Shown: positions 40,268 through 53,730, counted from the first letter of the stretch. The stretch is DNA of 64,000 nt from Eledone cirrhosa (GCA_964016885.1 OZ024741.1:10044001-10108000), one strand, 5' to 3'. The notes: generated from the letters alone by a model not told the origin. Numbers and translations are program-made.

Positions 40268-41610
40268 CGATGATGACGAGGACGATATCGATGATGATGA
40301 TCATGGCGATGATGATGACTCTTGTGATGGTGATGGTGGTGGTGGGGGTTATGGTGGTGATGGTAGTGGTAGTGGTGATGGTGGTGGTAGTGGTGGTGGT
40401 GGTGGTGATGGTGGTGGTGGTGGTGGTGGTGGTGATGGTGGTGGTGGTGGTGGTGGTGGGGGTTATGGTGGTGATGGTAGTGGTAGTGGGGATGGTGGTG
40501 GTAGTGGTGGTGGTGGTGGTGATGGTGGTGGTGATGGTGGTGGTGGTGGTGGTGGTGGTGGTGGTGGTGATGGTGGTGGTGGTGGTGGTGGTGGTGATGG
40601 TGGTGGTGGTGATGGTGGTGGTGATGGTGGTGGTGGTGGTGGTGGTGGTGGTGGTGGTGATGGTGGTGGTGGTGATGGTGGTGGTGGTGGTGGTGGTGGT
40701 GGTGGTGGTGATGGTGGTGGTGGTGATGGTGGTGGTGGTGGTGGTGGTGGTGGTGATGATGGTGGTGGTGGTGGTGGTGGTGGTGGTGATGATGGTGGTG
40801 GTGGTGGTGGTGGTGATGGTGGTGATGGTGGTGGTGGTGGTGGTGATGGTGGTGGTGGTGATGGTGGTGGTGATGGTGGTGGTGGTGGTGGTGGTGGTGG
40901 TGGTGGTGATTGTGGTGGTGGTGATGGTGGTGGTGGTGGTGGTGGTGGTGGTGATGGTGGTGGTGGTGGTGGTGGTGGTGGTGGTGGTAGTGGTGTTGGT
41001 GATGGTGGTGGTGGTAGTGGTGGTGGTGGTGGTGGTGATGGTGGAGGTGGGGGTTATGGTGGTAGTGGTGGTGGTGGTGGTGGTGGTGGTGGAGGTGGGG
41101 GTTATGGTGGTGATGGTAGTGGTGGTGGTGGTGATAGTGGTGGTGGTGGTGGTGGTGGTGGTGGTGAGTTGGGGTTATGGTGGTGATGGTGGTGGTAGTG
41201 GTGGTGGTGGTGGTGGCGGTGGCGGTGGTAGTAGTGGTGGTGGTGGTGACGTCATTCTAACTATCCTTTGCAATATTGTATTATTGTTGTCATTGTTGAT
41301 GTTGCTGTCGCTGTTGTGATTATTGTTGCAGTTGTTATTGCCCGTACTGTTGTTGTTGTAGTTGTTATTGATGTTGTTGTAGTTGTTGTCACCATTGTCA
41401 TTACTGCCGTCAAATTGACATTGTTGTTGATAACCTGCTTATTGTTATTAGCATGTACCGTGTTGTTGTTATTGATGTTGTTGTTATTGATGCTGTTGTT
41501 ATTGATGTTGTTGTTATTGATGCTGTTGTTATTGATGTTGTTGTTATTGATGTTGTTGTTGTTATTATTGTTGTTGTTTACTGTTGTTATTGTTGTTGTT
41601 GTTATTGTCT
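40268..41610. repeat. (GGT)n/(GAT)n then (TGT)n trinucleotide low-complexity tract
   Basis: Seen directly; the poly-Val ORFs are artefacts. Confidence 0.95.
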
Positions 41611-41920
41611 TTCTTTAAAATTCCTATTTTATCCTGGCTCTTGTTCCAAGACATGCCCCAGCATGTGGCTTTACTTTTTTCCGCCAATATTCGGAAGACT
41701 GTGTGAATAAAACGACACTTAAGCAGCATATAACAGCAACAACAACAACAATAACAACAATAGCTACAACAGCAAACATAATAAACTGATCAATGGATGA
41801 AAAGTAGGGAATATAAAGCAAACAGTGAGGCGATCAGACAGGTAAAGAGAGGGCAAACATCGACAATAATATATAGACAGTAGCAAATGAAGCGAAAGGA
41901 GACAGGGAGGGATTGGATAC

Positions 41921-41953
<33 letters not shown>

Positions 41954-42013
41954 AGAGAGAAAGAGAGTGTGTGTGTGTAAGTAAATGTTTATATAATTAT
42001 ATATATTATATAT

Positions 42014-42048
<35 letters not shown>

Positions 42049-42095
42049 CATATAGAAATATATATGTGTTTGTGTGTCTGTGTGTCTGTATGTGT

Positions 42096-42211
<116 letters not shown>

Positions 42212-42258
42212 ATAATATATATAATTATATAAATATACACACACACACTCTCCTCTCT

Positions 42259-42391
<133 letters not shown>

Positions 42392-42422
42392 GTATGTATA
42401 TAATATATATAATTATATAAAT

Positions 42423-42475
<53 letters not shown>

Positions 42476-42525
42476 CATACATACATATAGATATATATGT
42501 GTGTGTGTGTGTGTCTGTATGTGTA

Positions 42526-42594
<69 letters not shown>

Positions 42595-43289
42595 AGAAAG
42601 AGAGAGCGAGAGACAGGTTGTGGTTGTGAGAGTGTTCCATCAATGTATCAATGTTAGTATATATGTTGTTTAAAGATGATACAGCCATAGAAGACGGGGA
42701 AAGACCTTACCAAAGTTATGGCTCATTGCTTCAGCTGTTAACTAATAAACAAACGGAAGTCAGCCATTTTGTTGTACATTTCATTCTTGTTTTACTTGTT
42801 TATTTTTCTCTTGTTTCTTTTATCTTTTCTTTTCATCGCTTGTCTTTTCATTATTGTTATTGTTCCATGGAATGTTAACCTTTCAAAATCGATAACAGTT
42901 TTCTATTTTTCTATCTGTTTTTCTTAGTTTTTTTTTCGTCACGTGTCTCTGTTTATCTCACTATCTCTCTTTCTCTCTATCTCTCTATCTCTCTTTCTCA
43001 CTATCTTCCACACACACACTCTTTATCTCTCTTTCTCTCTCTCATTTTAACACTGTCTCTCCCTTTTTCATTTTAACTCTTTCGCTCTTTCATTTTCTCT
43101 TTTTTTTTCTTTCTTTTTCATTTTAACTCTCTCTTCCTCTCTCTCCCCATCACACAGACACACAAACACACATAAACACACACACACACACACGTTTACA
43201 CACATACACACAAAACAAACACCTTGTTGGTCTCACATATTTAATATTATTCATGTTTAGTAATATGTAAGGTTTTGTTTTTCTATTAG

Positions 43290-43480
43290 TATAATAGTTA
43301 GGACAATTACTTTGCAGTATTTAGTTACGTCCCTTTACGTTCTGTGTTCAAATCGCGGCGTGGTCAACTTTGCTTTTTATCTTTCCAGGAATCAATAAAT
43401 ATCAATAAGAAATTACAGGTATAAATAATAGTTAATTCCCTTCACCTAAAAATCTAGCTTTGTCTTAATTTAGGAAACTC
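43290..43480 (+). mobile_element. Degenerate tRNA-derived SINE
   Basis: TTACGTCCCTTTACGTTCTGTGTTCAAATCGCGGCGTGGTCAACTTTGCTTTTTATC. Confidence 0.65.
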
Positions 43481-43824
43481 TCAGGATGGTTCAGAGAATC
43501 AGTAGAAAATTGAGAAATGATTACCTGGTGAGGTTAGTTCTAGTTATTCACGTTCAGGGTTCCAATACAACCGAAATTAAATTGGTTATACATCCTTCTT
43601 TGTCGGCAAGTACCAGTCATGCACTGGCGGTCGATGTAATTGACATCTGTCTTGTTACAGGTGTTCAGATTATGAGAAGTAAGCAAAGATGCGCTCATAT
43701 CGCATTCTGGGAAATTGGTCCAAAAGACACACACACATTCACATATACACACACGGGCACAAACAGGCATACACACACACCCACACCCACACAGTCACAC
43801 ACAACACACACACTATATATATAT

Positions 43825-44175
43825 ATATTAAAATACAAATATTAATAAAATAGATATTCTTTTGATCAATTAAATTTTATTATACATATTTCAGAGGTAC
43901 AACAGTACGTCCTCTTCATTGACTACCTTGATTAAATCTTAACCATTTAACATCTCAGGGTATGTCATGTATCATTCTATTTTATCTGATGAGGACGTAC
44001 TGTTGTACCTCTGAAATATGTATAATAAAATATAATTGATCACAAGAAAATCTATTTTATTAATATTTGTATTTTAATATTAATAACTCTGGAAAATTTT
44101 TTACTGTAGAGTGCTTCCAATCTACTGTAAAACTCATTCTTTGATATACTCATTGAATCTTGTTTAACTCTTTAA
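43825..44175 (+). mobile_element. Fold-back element (arms 43825-43914 and 43991-44080, plus tail), related to the 21162 family; intact hammerhead at 43978-44032
   Basis: tattttat CTGATGA gga-c-gtac tgtt gtac-c-tct GAAA tatgta TA ataaaata; the mirror copy is cut off inside the core. Confidence 0.85.
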
Positions 44176-44224
44176 TATATATATATATATATGTAGTTTC
44201 TAATTTGAATGGAGAGAGATGGGT

Positions 44225-44295
44225 GATGTGTTGGTGTAATGGTAGCACAGTGGTCGCGATAACCACAGATGTGGGTTCGACTCCCATGTACGTCA
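44225..44295 (+). tRNA. tRNA-like cloverleaf with an atypical anticodon loop (pseudogene or SINE head)
   Basis: Acceptor gatgtgt/gtacgtc (3 G.U), D gtgt/gcac, anticodon stem gtggt/accac with loop CGCGATA, T arm gtggg TTCGACT cccat; T5 run just downstream. Confidence 0.55.
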
Positions 44296-44537
44296 ATACT
44301 CACCTTTTTCCATTTATCTGAGGGTTCTAAACCCCGTTATCAAGCTAAAATTCCTTTAGTTAAAAATACGGTGAAAGCTATATATTTTCTAATTTCAAAC
44401 TCGCTCACTGTTTCAAAACATACTTACTTGCCATGTATATATATATATATATATATACGTATATATATATACATTAATTTTATTAAGGATGAAAAGCTCT
44501 TGTCTGTTGACCCGGTGATAGACAGGTGAAACTCCAT

Positions 44538-44663
44538 TAATTTCAACTCTTCTTATTAACTGCATTGTCTCTTCGTAGAGACTATGTTAAAAGAGAAACC
44601 TCATTTGGTCATTCCATGAGAGTATCTTGGTCAGCCTAGGAACATTTCAGCCGACCCTCGTAG
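44538..44663 (-). mobile_element. Mariner-like terminal fragment or MITE (second copy at 47620-47760, +)
   Basis: Ends ..CAGCCGACCCTCG-TA, the reverse complement of TA-CGAGGGTCGG; both copies share CTGACCAAGATACTCTCATGGAATGACCAAATGAG. Confidence 0.6.
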
Positions 44664-45209
44664 ATAGTCAGAAAAAGATGTTAAATACATATGTGTGCGT
44701 GTGTGTGATTGCATATAAATCGTTATGTATGTACGTACATGTATATCTGCCAGCGTATATCTGTGTTTGTGCAAGTGTGTGTGTGTGTATGTGTGTCTGT
44801 GTGTGTGTGTAAGTGCGTGTGTGTGTGTGCGCATGTGTGTAAGTGTGCATGCGTGAGTGCAACTCTAACCCCTCCTCCTGTAAAGCTGTACAAAGTCCTG
44901 ATATAAACAACAAACAACGATGTCTTACAACGATAAAATTCAATTGGAAATTTAAATAAATGTAAATATTCAAATACATGACATACCTGTGATTGTAAAA
45001 CTTTCCTTTCTAATCTGACGATGTTATTGTTTCATTAAAGGTAGACATGTAATACAGGTGTCATTTTTCGTAGAATATGACAGCAGAATATTCCAGTATT
45101 TTGATATCACATGCAACCAAACATACAAACAACTGGAAACAATTCTACACTCATGTAACTATGTATCAATACATGTAAACATATACAGGCACATACTACA
45201 CGGTATGTA

Positions 45210-45303
<94 letters not shown>

Positions 45304-45386
45304 CTATGTACACACGTGCGCGCACACACGCACATAAATACAAACACACACATATATATATACATACATATATATTAGTATATACA

Positions 45387-45436
<50 letters not shown>

Positions 45437-45583
45437 GCAATATATACATATATATACATACACACACACACACACACACACATATACATACATATATATT
45501 AGTATATAGAATATGTATATATATGTATATATATATATACATATACATATATGCAATATATACATATATATATACATACACAA

Positions 45584-45661
<78 letters not shown>

Positions 45662-45793
45662 CTCCGTTTATTTTTGAGAATCGAAACCGACTCGGTAAAG
45701 GTAACCATAGTAAGTACAGTTAATATTTTAAAATTTATTTTGAAACTTTATCTTATTTGCTAAACCTTGATTATATATATATATATATATATC

Positions 45794-47303
45794 TTACAGA
45801 AACCCAAGAAGCTAGATTTAACATCTTCCTAGCGGGTCCGGGTATGCTTTTTACATTCATTTAATTTATTGATTTATTGAGAGTTTTTATCTGAGTGTCC
45901 CGAATCTTCCGGATCGCAAATTTTCGATCGTGCGGTTGATTATAGACTTGTTCTGTGTGTGACGGTATTTTAACGATAGTTATAGCTCTGATTTATCTAA
46001 ATTATGGAGCACTCTGCCGCTCATATCGAATTTTATTTATCGTGAACTCGTGCGCCGATTTTTCGATACTCGATTATTCTACTATATTTAGCTCTAGACT
46101 TAACTATTGACCAGTTAATTTTATTGTTCATTTTTTGTCGATTCTATTAAATGATGAATAGCTCCTGTTTATTTTAACATGTCTATTGAGCACTCTTATT
46201 CGATATGTGTATTTCCACATTTTCCCGAATAGTTTTCGCGGATGTAGAGGTTTTCTCCCTTGCCGAATTTCATGTGCGTATTTAGCTTGGGTTATGCCAT
46301 TTCATTCGTTTGGACAAAGCTCGTTGAAGAAGTAAATTTCCTGTCCGCTGATATCTAGAAGTCTAATATATTTTTATGTGAGCTGATAGAGAGCAGTTTA
46401 AGGATTTACAGAAACCCAAGAAGCTAGATTTAACATCTTCCTAGCGGGTCCGGGTATGCTTTTTACATTCATTTAATTTATTGATTTATTGAGAGTTTTT
46501 ATCTGAGTGTCCCGAATCTTCCGGATCGCAAATTTTCGATCGTGCGGTTGATTATAGACTTGTTCTGTGTGAGACGGTATTTTAACGATAGTTATAGCTC
46601 TGATTTATCTAAATTATGGAGCACTCTGCCGCTCATATCGAATTTTGTTTATCGTGAACTCGTGCGCCGATTTTTCGATACTCGATTATTCTACTATATT
46701 TAGCTCTAGATTTAGCTATTGACCAGTTAATTTTATTGTTCATTTTTTGTCGATTCTATTAAATGATGAATAGCTCCTGTTTATTTTAACATGTCTATTG
46801 AGCACTCTTATTCGATATGTGTATTTCCACATTTTCCCGAATAGTTTTCGCGGATGTAGAGGTTTTCTCCCTTGCCGAATTCCATGTGCGTATTTAGCTT
46901 GGGTTATGCCATTTCATTCGTTTGGACAAAGCTCGTTGAAGAAGTAAATTTCCTGTCCGCTGATATCTAGAAGTCTTATATATTTTTATGTGAGCTGATA
47001 GAGAGCAGTTTAAGTATTTACAGAAACCCAAGAAGCTAGATTTAACATCTTCCTAGCGGGTCCGGGTATGCTTTTTACATTCATTTAATTTATTGATTTA
47101 TTGAGATTTTTTATCTGAGTGTCCCGAATCTTCCGGATCGCAAATTTTCGATCGTGCGGTTGATTATAGACTTGTTCTGTGTGTGACGGTATTTTAACGA
47201 TAGTTATAGCTCTGATTTATCTAAATTATGGAGCACTCTGCCGCTCATATCGAATTTTGTTTATCGTGAACTCGTGCGCCGATTTTTCGATACTCGATTA
47301 TTC

Positions 47304-47311
<8 letters not shown>
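45794..47311 (+). mobile_element. Head-to-tail 612-bp non-coding repeat, 2.5 copies, in (TA)n, one hammerhead fold per monomer (retrozyme-like)
   Basis: Equivalent GTC sites end at 45838, 46450 and 47062; few substitutions between copies; no real ORF. Confidence 0.8.
46316..46462 (+). ncRNA. Extended type I hammerhead fold (second copy 46928-47074)
   Basis: Helix I aaagc-tcg/cgg-(gtat)-gcttt; core TTGAAGA 46324-46330; helix II gtaaat/atttac enclosing about 66 nt; GAAA 46411-46414; helix III accc/gggt extended by gctag/ctagc; GUC site. Confidence 0.6.
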
Positions 47312-47379
<68 letters not shown>

Positions 47380-47767
47380 ATGTATATGTATGTATGTATA
47401 TGTATATTGGAGGTTAATTACCGGAGGAAAATTGCTTGACTTGCAGCTTTAGTTTTAGCTTTTTATGGTCTGACTGAAAAACCCACCTGGGTCAATATTG
47501 TGGTTGCTCCCTCTGTTGACCAAATATGTTACTATCTTGTACATGAGGCACTCTAACCCACTGTCTTCCCTCCAGAAATGTTCATCTTTAGCCTTAAACA
47601 TTACTTATATAATCTAAAATATGAGGGTCGGTTGAAATGTTCATAGGATGAAAGGTTTATAGGCTGACCAAGATACTCTCATGGAATGACCAAATGAGAT
47701 TTATTTTTCAAAATAGTCACTGGAAAGAAACAATGTAGTTGAAATTAAGAAGAGTTGAAATGAATGC

Positions 47768-47930
47768 ATGCAATATTTCACAGCTCTAGCATTACTACTT
47801 CATAGTCAACTTATGAACATTTTGACCAACACTCGTACAATTCAATTAATGTATGCAATATTTCACAGCTCTAGCATCACTCCTTCATTGTCAGCCTATA
47901 AAGTTTCCAGCCGACACTCGTACAATTCAA
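47768..47930. repeat. Two tandem copies of an 85-bp unit
   Basis: ATGCAATATTTCACAGCTCTAGCAT..ACACTCGTACAATTCAA at 47768 and 47853. Confidence 0.75.
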
Positions 47931-48049
47931 AGATTTATAAAACAAAGTCGTTGTGAAATCTGTCAATGTTGTTAGAATGACGATAATAAGTGTCAATGGC
48001 CCTGAAATATTGAGATATTTACTATTTGGAGATGTTACACCAGAGTATG

Positions 48050-51000
48050 GAATGTTGAGGTGGTAGTTGTGATGCTGGTAGTAGTTGTTGTGGTGCTTGT
48101 TGTGTTGAATGTTGAGGTGGTAGTTGTGATGTTGGTAGTGGTTGTTGTGGTGCTTGTTGTGTTGAATGTTGCGGTGGTAGTTGTGATGTTGGTAGTGGTT
48201 GTTGTGGTGCTTGTTGTGTTGAATGTTGCGGTGGTAGTTGTGATGTTGGTAGTGGTTGTTGTGGTGCTTGTTGTGTTGAATGTTGCAGTGGTAGTTGTGA
48301 TGTTGGTAGTGGTTGTTGTGGTGCTTGTTGTGTTGAATGTTGCGGTGGTAGTTGTGATGATGGTAGTGGTTGTTGTGGTGCTTGTTGTGTTGAATGTTGA
48401 GGTGGTAGTTGTGATGTTGGTAGTGGTTGTAGTGGTGCTTGTTGTGTTGAATGTTGCGGTGGTAGTTGTGATGTTGGTAGTGGTTGTTGTGGTGCTTGTT
48501 GTGTTGAATGTTGCGGTGGTAGTTGTGATGATGGTAGTGGTTGTTGTGGTGCTTGTTGTGTTGAATCTTGAGGTGGTAGTTGTGATGATGGTAGTGGTTG
48601 TTGTGGTGCTTGTTGTGTTGAATGTTGAGGTGGTAGTTATGATGATGGTAGTGTTTGTTGTGGTGCTTGCTGTGTTGAATGTTGAGGTGGTAGTTATGAT
48701 GATCGTAGTGGTGGTGTGGTGCTTGTTGTGTTGAATGTTGAGGTGGTAGTTGTGATGATGGTAGTGGTTGTTGTGGTGCTTGTTGTGTTGAATGTTGAGG
48801 TGGTAGTTATGATGATCGTAGTGGTTGTTGTGGTGCTTGTTGTGTTGAATGTTGAGGTGGTAGTTATGATGATGGTAGTCGTTGTAGTGGTGCTTGTTGT
48901 GTTGAATGTTGAGGTGGTAGTTGTGATGATGGTAGTGGTTGTAGTGGTGCTTGTTGTGTTGCATGTTGACGTGGTAGTTGTGATGATGGTAGTCGTTGTA
49001 GTGGTGCTTGTTGTGTTGAATGTTGAGGTGGTAGTTGTGATGTTGGTAGTGGTTGTAGTGGTGCTTGTTGTGTTGCATGTTGAGGTGGTAGTTGTGATGA
49101 TGGTAGTGGTTGTAGTAGTGGTTGTTGTGTTGAATGTTGAGGTGATAGTTGTGATGATGGTAGTGGTTGTAGTGGTGCTTGTTGTGTTGCATGTTGAGAT
49201 GGTAGTTGTGATGATGGTAGTGGTTGTAGTAGTGTTTGTTGTGTTGAATGTTGAGGTGGTAGTTGTGATGATGGTAGTGGTTGTAGTGGTGCTTGTTGTG
49301 TTGCATGTTGAGGTGGTAGTTGTGATGATGGTAGTGGTTGTAGTAGTGCTTGTTGTGTTGAATGTTGAGGTGGTAGTTGTGATGATGGTAGTGGTTGTTG
49401 TGGTGCTTGTTGTGTTGAATGTTGAGGTGGTAGTTGTGATGTTGGCAGTAGTTGTTGTAGTGCTTGTTGTGTTGAATGTTGCGGTGGTAGTTGTGATGTT
49501 GGTAGTGGTTGTTGTGGTGCTTGTTGTGTTGAATGTTGAGGTGGTAGTTGTGATGATGGTAGTGGTTGTAGTGGTGCTTGTTGTGTTGAATGTTGCGGTG
49601 GTAGTTGTGATGATAGTAGTGGTTGTTGTGGTGCTTGTTGTGTTGAATGTTGCGGTGGTAGTTGTGATGATGGTAGTGTTTGTAGTGGTGCTTGTTGTGT
49701 TGCATGTTGAGGTGGTAGTTGTGATGATGGTAATGGTTGTTGTGGTGCTTGTTGTGTTGCATGTTGAGGTGGTAGTTGTGATGATGGTAGTGGTTGTAGT
49801 GGTGCTTGTTGTGTTGAATGTTGCGGTGGTAGTTGTGATGATGGTAGTCGTTGTAGTGGTGCTTGTTGTGTTGAATGTTGAGGTGGTAGTTGTGATGATG
49901 GTAGTGGTTGTTGTGGTGCTTGTTGTGTTGAATGTTGAGGTGGTAGTTGTGATGATGGTAGTCGTTGTAGTGGTGCTTGTTGTGTTGAATGTTGAGGTGG
50001 TAGTTGTGATGATGGTAGTCGTTGTTGTGGTGCTTGTTGTGTTGAATGTTGCGGTGGTAGTCGTGATGATGGTAGTCGTTGTAGTGGTGCTTGTTGTGTT
50101 GAATGTTGAGGTGGTAGTTGTGATGTTGGCAGTAGTTGTTGTAGTGCTTGTTGTGTTGAATGTTGAGGTGGTAGTTGTGATGATGGTAGTGGTTGTAGTG
50201 GTGATTGTTGTGTTGAATGTTGAGATGGTAGTTGTGATGATGGTAGTGGTTGTTGTGGTGCTTGTTGTGTTGGCTGTTGAGGTGGTAGTTGTGATGATGG
50301 TAATGGTTGTAGTGGTGCTTGTTGTGTTGCATGTTGAGGTGGTAGTTGTGATGATGGTAGTGGTTCTAGTGGTGGTTGATGTGTTGCATGTTGCGGTGGT
50401 AGTTGTGATGTTGGTAGTGGTTGTAGTGGTGCTTGTTGTGTTGCATGTTGCGGTGGTAGTTGTGATGATGGTAGTGGTTGTAGTGGTGCTTGTTGTGTTG
50501 AATGTTGAGGTGGTAGTTGTGATGATGGTAATGGTTGTAGTGGTGCTTGTTGTGTTGAATGTTGAGGTGGTAGTTGTGATGATGGTAATGGTTGTTGTGG
50601 TGTTTGTTGTGTTGAATGTTGAGGTGGTTGTTGTGATGATGGTAGTGGTTGTTGTGGTGCTTGTTGTGTTGCATGTTGCGGTGGTAGTTGTGATGTTGGT
50701 CGTGGTTGTTGTGGTGCTTGTTGTGTTGCATGTTGCAGTGGTAGTTGTGAAGATGGTAGTGGTTGTTGCGGTGCTTGTTGTGTTGAATGTTGAGGTGGTA
50801 GTTGTGATGATGGTAGTGGTTGTAGTGGTGCTTGTTGTGTTGAATGTTGAGGTGGTAGTTGTGATGATGGTAGTGGTTGTTGTGGTGCTTGTTGTGTTGA
50901 ATGTTGAGGTGGTAGTTGTGATGTTGGTAGTGGTTGTTGTGGTGCTTGTTGTGTTGAATGTTGCGGTGGTAATTGTGATGATGGTAGTGGTTGTTGTGGT

Positions 51001-52990
51001 GCTTGTTGTGTTGAATGTTGAGATGGTAGTTGTGATGATGGTAGTGGTTGTAGTGGTGCTTGTTGTGTTGAATGTTGAGGTGGTAGTTGTGATGATGGTA
51101 GTGATTGTTGTGGTGCTTGTTGTGTTGAATGTTGAGGTGGTAGTTGTGATGATGATAGTGGTTGTAGTGGTGCTTGTTGTGTTGAATGTTGCGGTGGTAG
51201 TTGTGATGTTGGTAGTGGTTGTTGTGGTGCTTGTTGTGTTGAATGTTGAGGTGGTAGTAGTGATGATGGTAGTGGTTGTTGTGGTGCTTGTTGTGTTGAA
51301 TGTTGAGGTGGTAGTTGTGATGATGGTAGTGATTGTTGTGGTGCTTGTTGTGTTGAATGTTGAGGTGGTAGTTGTGATGATGATAGTGGTTGTAGTGGTG
51401 CTTGTTGTGTTGAATGTTGCGGTGGTAGTTGTGATGTTGGTAGTGGTTGTTGTGGTGCTTGTAGAGTTGAATGTTGAATTGGTAGTTGTGATGATGGTAG
51501 TCGTTGTAGTGGTGCTTGTTGTGTTGAATGTTGAGGTGGTAGTTGTGATGATGGTAGTCGTTCTAGTGGTGCTTGTTGTGTTGAATGTTGAGGTGGTAGT
51601 TGTGATGATGGTAGTCGTTGTAGTGGTGCTTGTTGTCTTGAATGTTGAGGTGGTAGTTGTGATGATGGTAGTCGTTGTAGTGGTGCTTGTTGTGTTCAAT
51701 GTTGAGGTGGTAGTTGTGATGATGGTAGTCGTTGTAGTGGTGCTTGTTGTGTTGAATGTTGAGGTGGTAGTTGTGATGATGGTAGTAGTTGTTGTGGTGC
51801 TTGTTGTGTTGAATGTTGCGGTGGTAGTTGTGATGATGGTAGTGGTTGTTGTGGTGCTTGTTGTGTTGAATGTTGCGGTGGTAGTTGTGATGATGGTAGT
51901 GGTTGTAGTGGTGCTTGTTGTGTTTAATGTTGAAGTGGTATTTGTGATGATGGTAGTCGTTGTAGTGGTGCTTGTTGTGTTTAATGTTGAAGTGGTAGTT
52001 GTGATGATGGTAGTCGTTGTAGTGGTGCTTGTTGTGTTGAATGTTGAGGTGGTAGTTGTGATGATGGTAGTGGTTGTTGTGGTGCTTGTTGTGTTGAATG
52101 TTGCGGTGGTAGTTGTGATGATGGTAGTGGTTGTTGTGGTGCTTGTTGTGTTGAATGTTGCGGTGATAGTTGTGATGATGGTAGTGGTTGTAGTGGTGCT
52201 TGTTGTGTTTAATGTTGAAGTGGTAGTTGTGATGATGGTAGTCGTTGTAGTGGTGCTTGTTGTGTTTAATGTTGAAGTGGTAGTTGTGATGATGGTAGTC
52301 GTTGTAGTGGTGCTTGTTGTGTTGAATGTTGAGGTGGTAGTTGTGATGATGGTAGTGGTTGTTGTGGTGCTTGTTGTGTTGAATGTTGCGGTGGTAGTTG
52401 TGATGATGGTAGTGGTTGTTGTGGTGCTTGTTGTGTTGAATGTTGCGGTGGTAGTTGTGATGATGGTAGTCGTTGTAGTGGTGCTTGTGTTTAATGTTGA
52501 AGTGGTAGTTGTGATGATGGTAGTGGTTGTTGTGGTGCTTGTTGTGTTGAATGTTGAGGTGGTAGTTGTGAAGATGGTAGTCGTTGTAGTGGTGCTTGTT
52601 GTGTTGAATGTTGAGGTGGTAGTTGTGATGATGGTAGTCGTTGTAGTGGTGCTTGTTGTGTTGAATGTTGAGGTGGTAGTTGTGATGATGGTAGTCGTTG
52701 TTGTGGTGCTTGTTGTGTTGAATGTTGAAGTGGTAGTTGTGATGATGGTAGTGGTTGTTGTGGTGCTTGTTGTGTTGAATGTTGAGGTGGTAGTTGTGAT
52801 GATGGTAGTGGTTGTTGTGGTGCTTGTTGTGTTGAATGTTGCGGTGGTAGTTGTGATGATGGTAGTGGTTGTAGTGGTGCTTGTTGTGTTGAATGTTGAG
52901 GTGGTAGTTGTGATGATGGTAGTGGTTGTTGTGGTGCTTGTTGTGTTGAATGTAGAGGTGGTAGTTGTGATGATGGTAGTGTTTGTTGTG
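48050..52990. repeat. 57-bp GT-rich minisatellite, about 86 copies
   Basis: Unit AATGTTGAGGTGGTAGTTGTGATGATGGTAGTGGTTGTTGTGGTGCTTGTTGTGTTG; 19-aa periodicity in the ORF track. Confidence 0.97.
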
Positions 52991-52994
52991 ATAG

Positions 52995-53415
52995 TTCAGC
53001 TGATGGTGTTATTAACACAATATAATGGTGGTGGTGGTGGTGCTGCTGTTAGTGGTTGTTGCGGTGGTGGTGATAGTTGTGCTGGTGGTGTTATTGACAT
53101 AATATAATGGTTGTGTTGGTGGTGCTTCTGTTAGTGGTTGTTGTGGTTGTTATGATATTTCAGCTGATGGTGTTATTAACACAATATAATGGTGGTGGTG
53201 GTGGTGGTGCTGTTAGTGGTTGTTGCGGTGGTGGTGATAGTTGTGCTGGTGGTGTTATTGACATTATATAATGGTTGTGTTGGTGGTGCTTCTGTTAGTG
53301 GTTGTTGTGGTTGTTGTGATATTTCAGCTGATGGTGTTATTAACACAATATAATGGTGGTGGTGGTGGTGGTGGTGCTGTTAGTGGTTGTTGTGGTTGTG
53401 GTGATAGTTGTGCTG
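52995..53415. repeat. 164-bp tandem repeat, about 2.5 copies
   Basis: TTCAGCTGATGGTGTTATTAACACAATATAATGG at 52995, 53159 and 53323. Confidence 0.85.
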
Positions 53416-53730
53416 AAGTTTATTAATAAAAGAGTTGAAATTAGTGTAAAATGTCCGAGCCGCCCCTCCTATATCAATGAATATCAAATAATGACTTGTG
53501 TTATTTGATTCTGCTCTTCACCTCCCGAACTTATATACAATGGAGGTCACCTTTACCATTCATCCTTCCAGTTTTACTTCAAATAAAGTCCCAGTCCAAT
53601 ATAGAGTCGTTTATCAGAGTTTTCTGTCTTTCTGCTTATTTTATATTCTGTTGAATTTTTATTGAATCGAACTTCCTGGATAATCCGACATTTGTTTTTC
53701 TTTATGATACAAATTATATTGTGCAATATG

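Noticed and set aside
42752-42773. ETS-like CGGAAGT plus YY1-like GCCATTTTG (also CCGGAAGT near 15873 and GCCATTTTG near 63936) as a host promoter
   Set aside because: Short motifs with no associated gene structure; not supportable from sequence alone.
44538-47760. Two inverted mariner-like ends as one composite element around the 612-bp array
   Set aside because: The ends face outward (element bodies point away from the array), so they do not enclose it.
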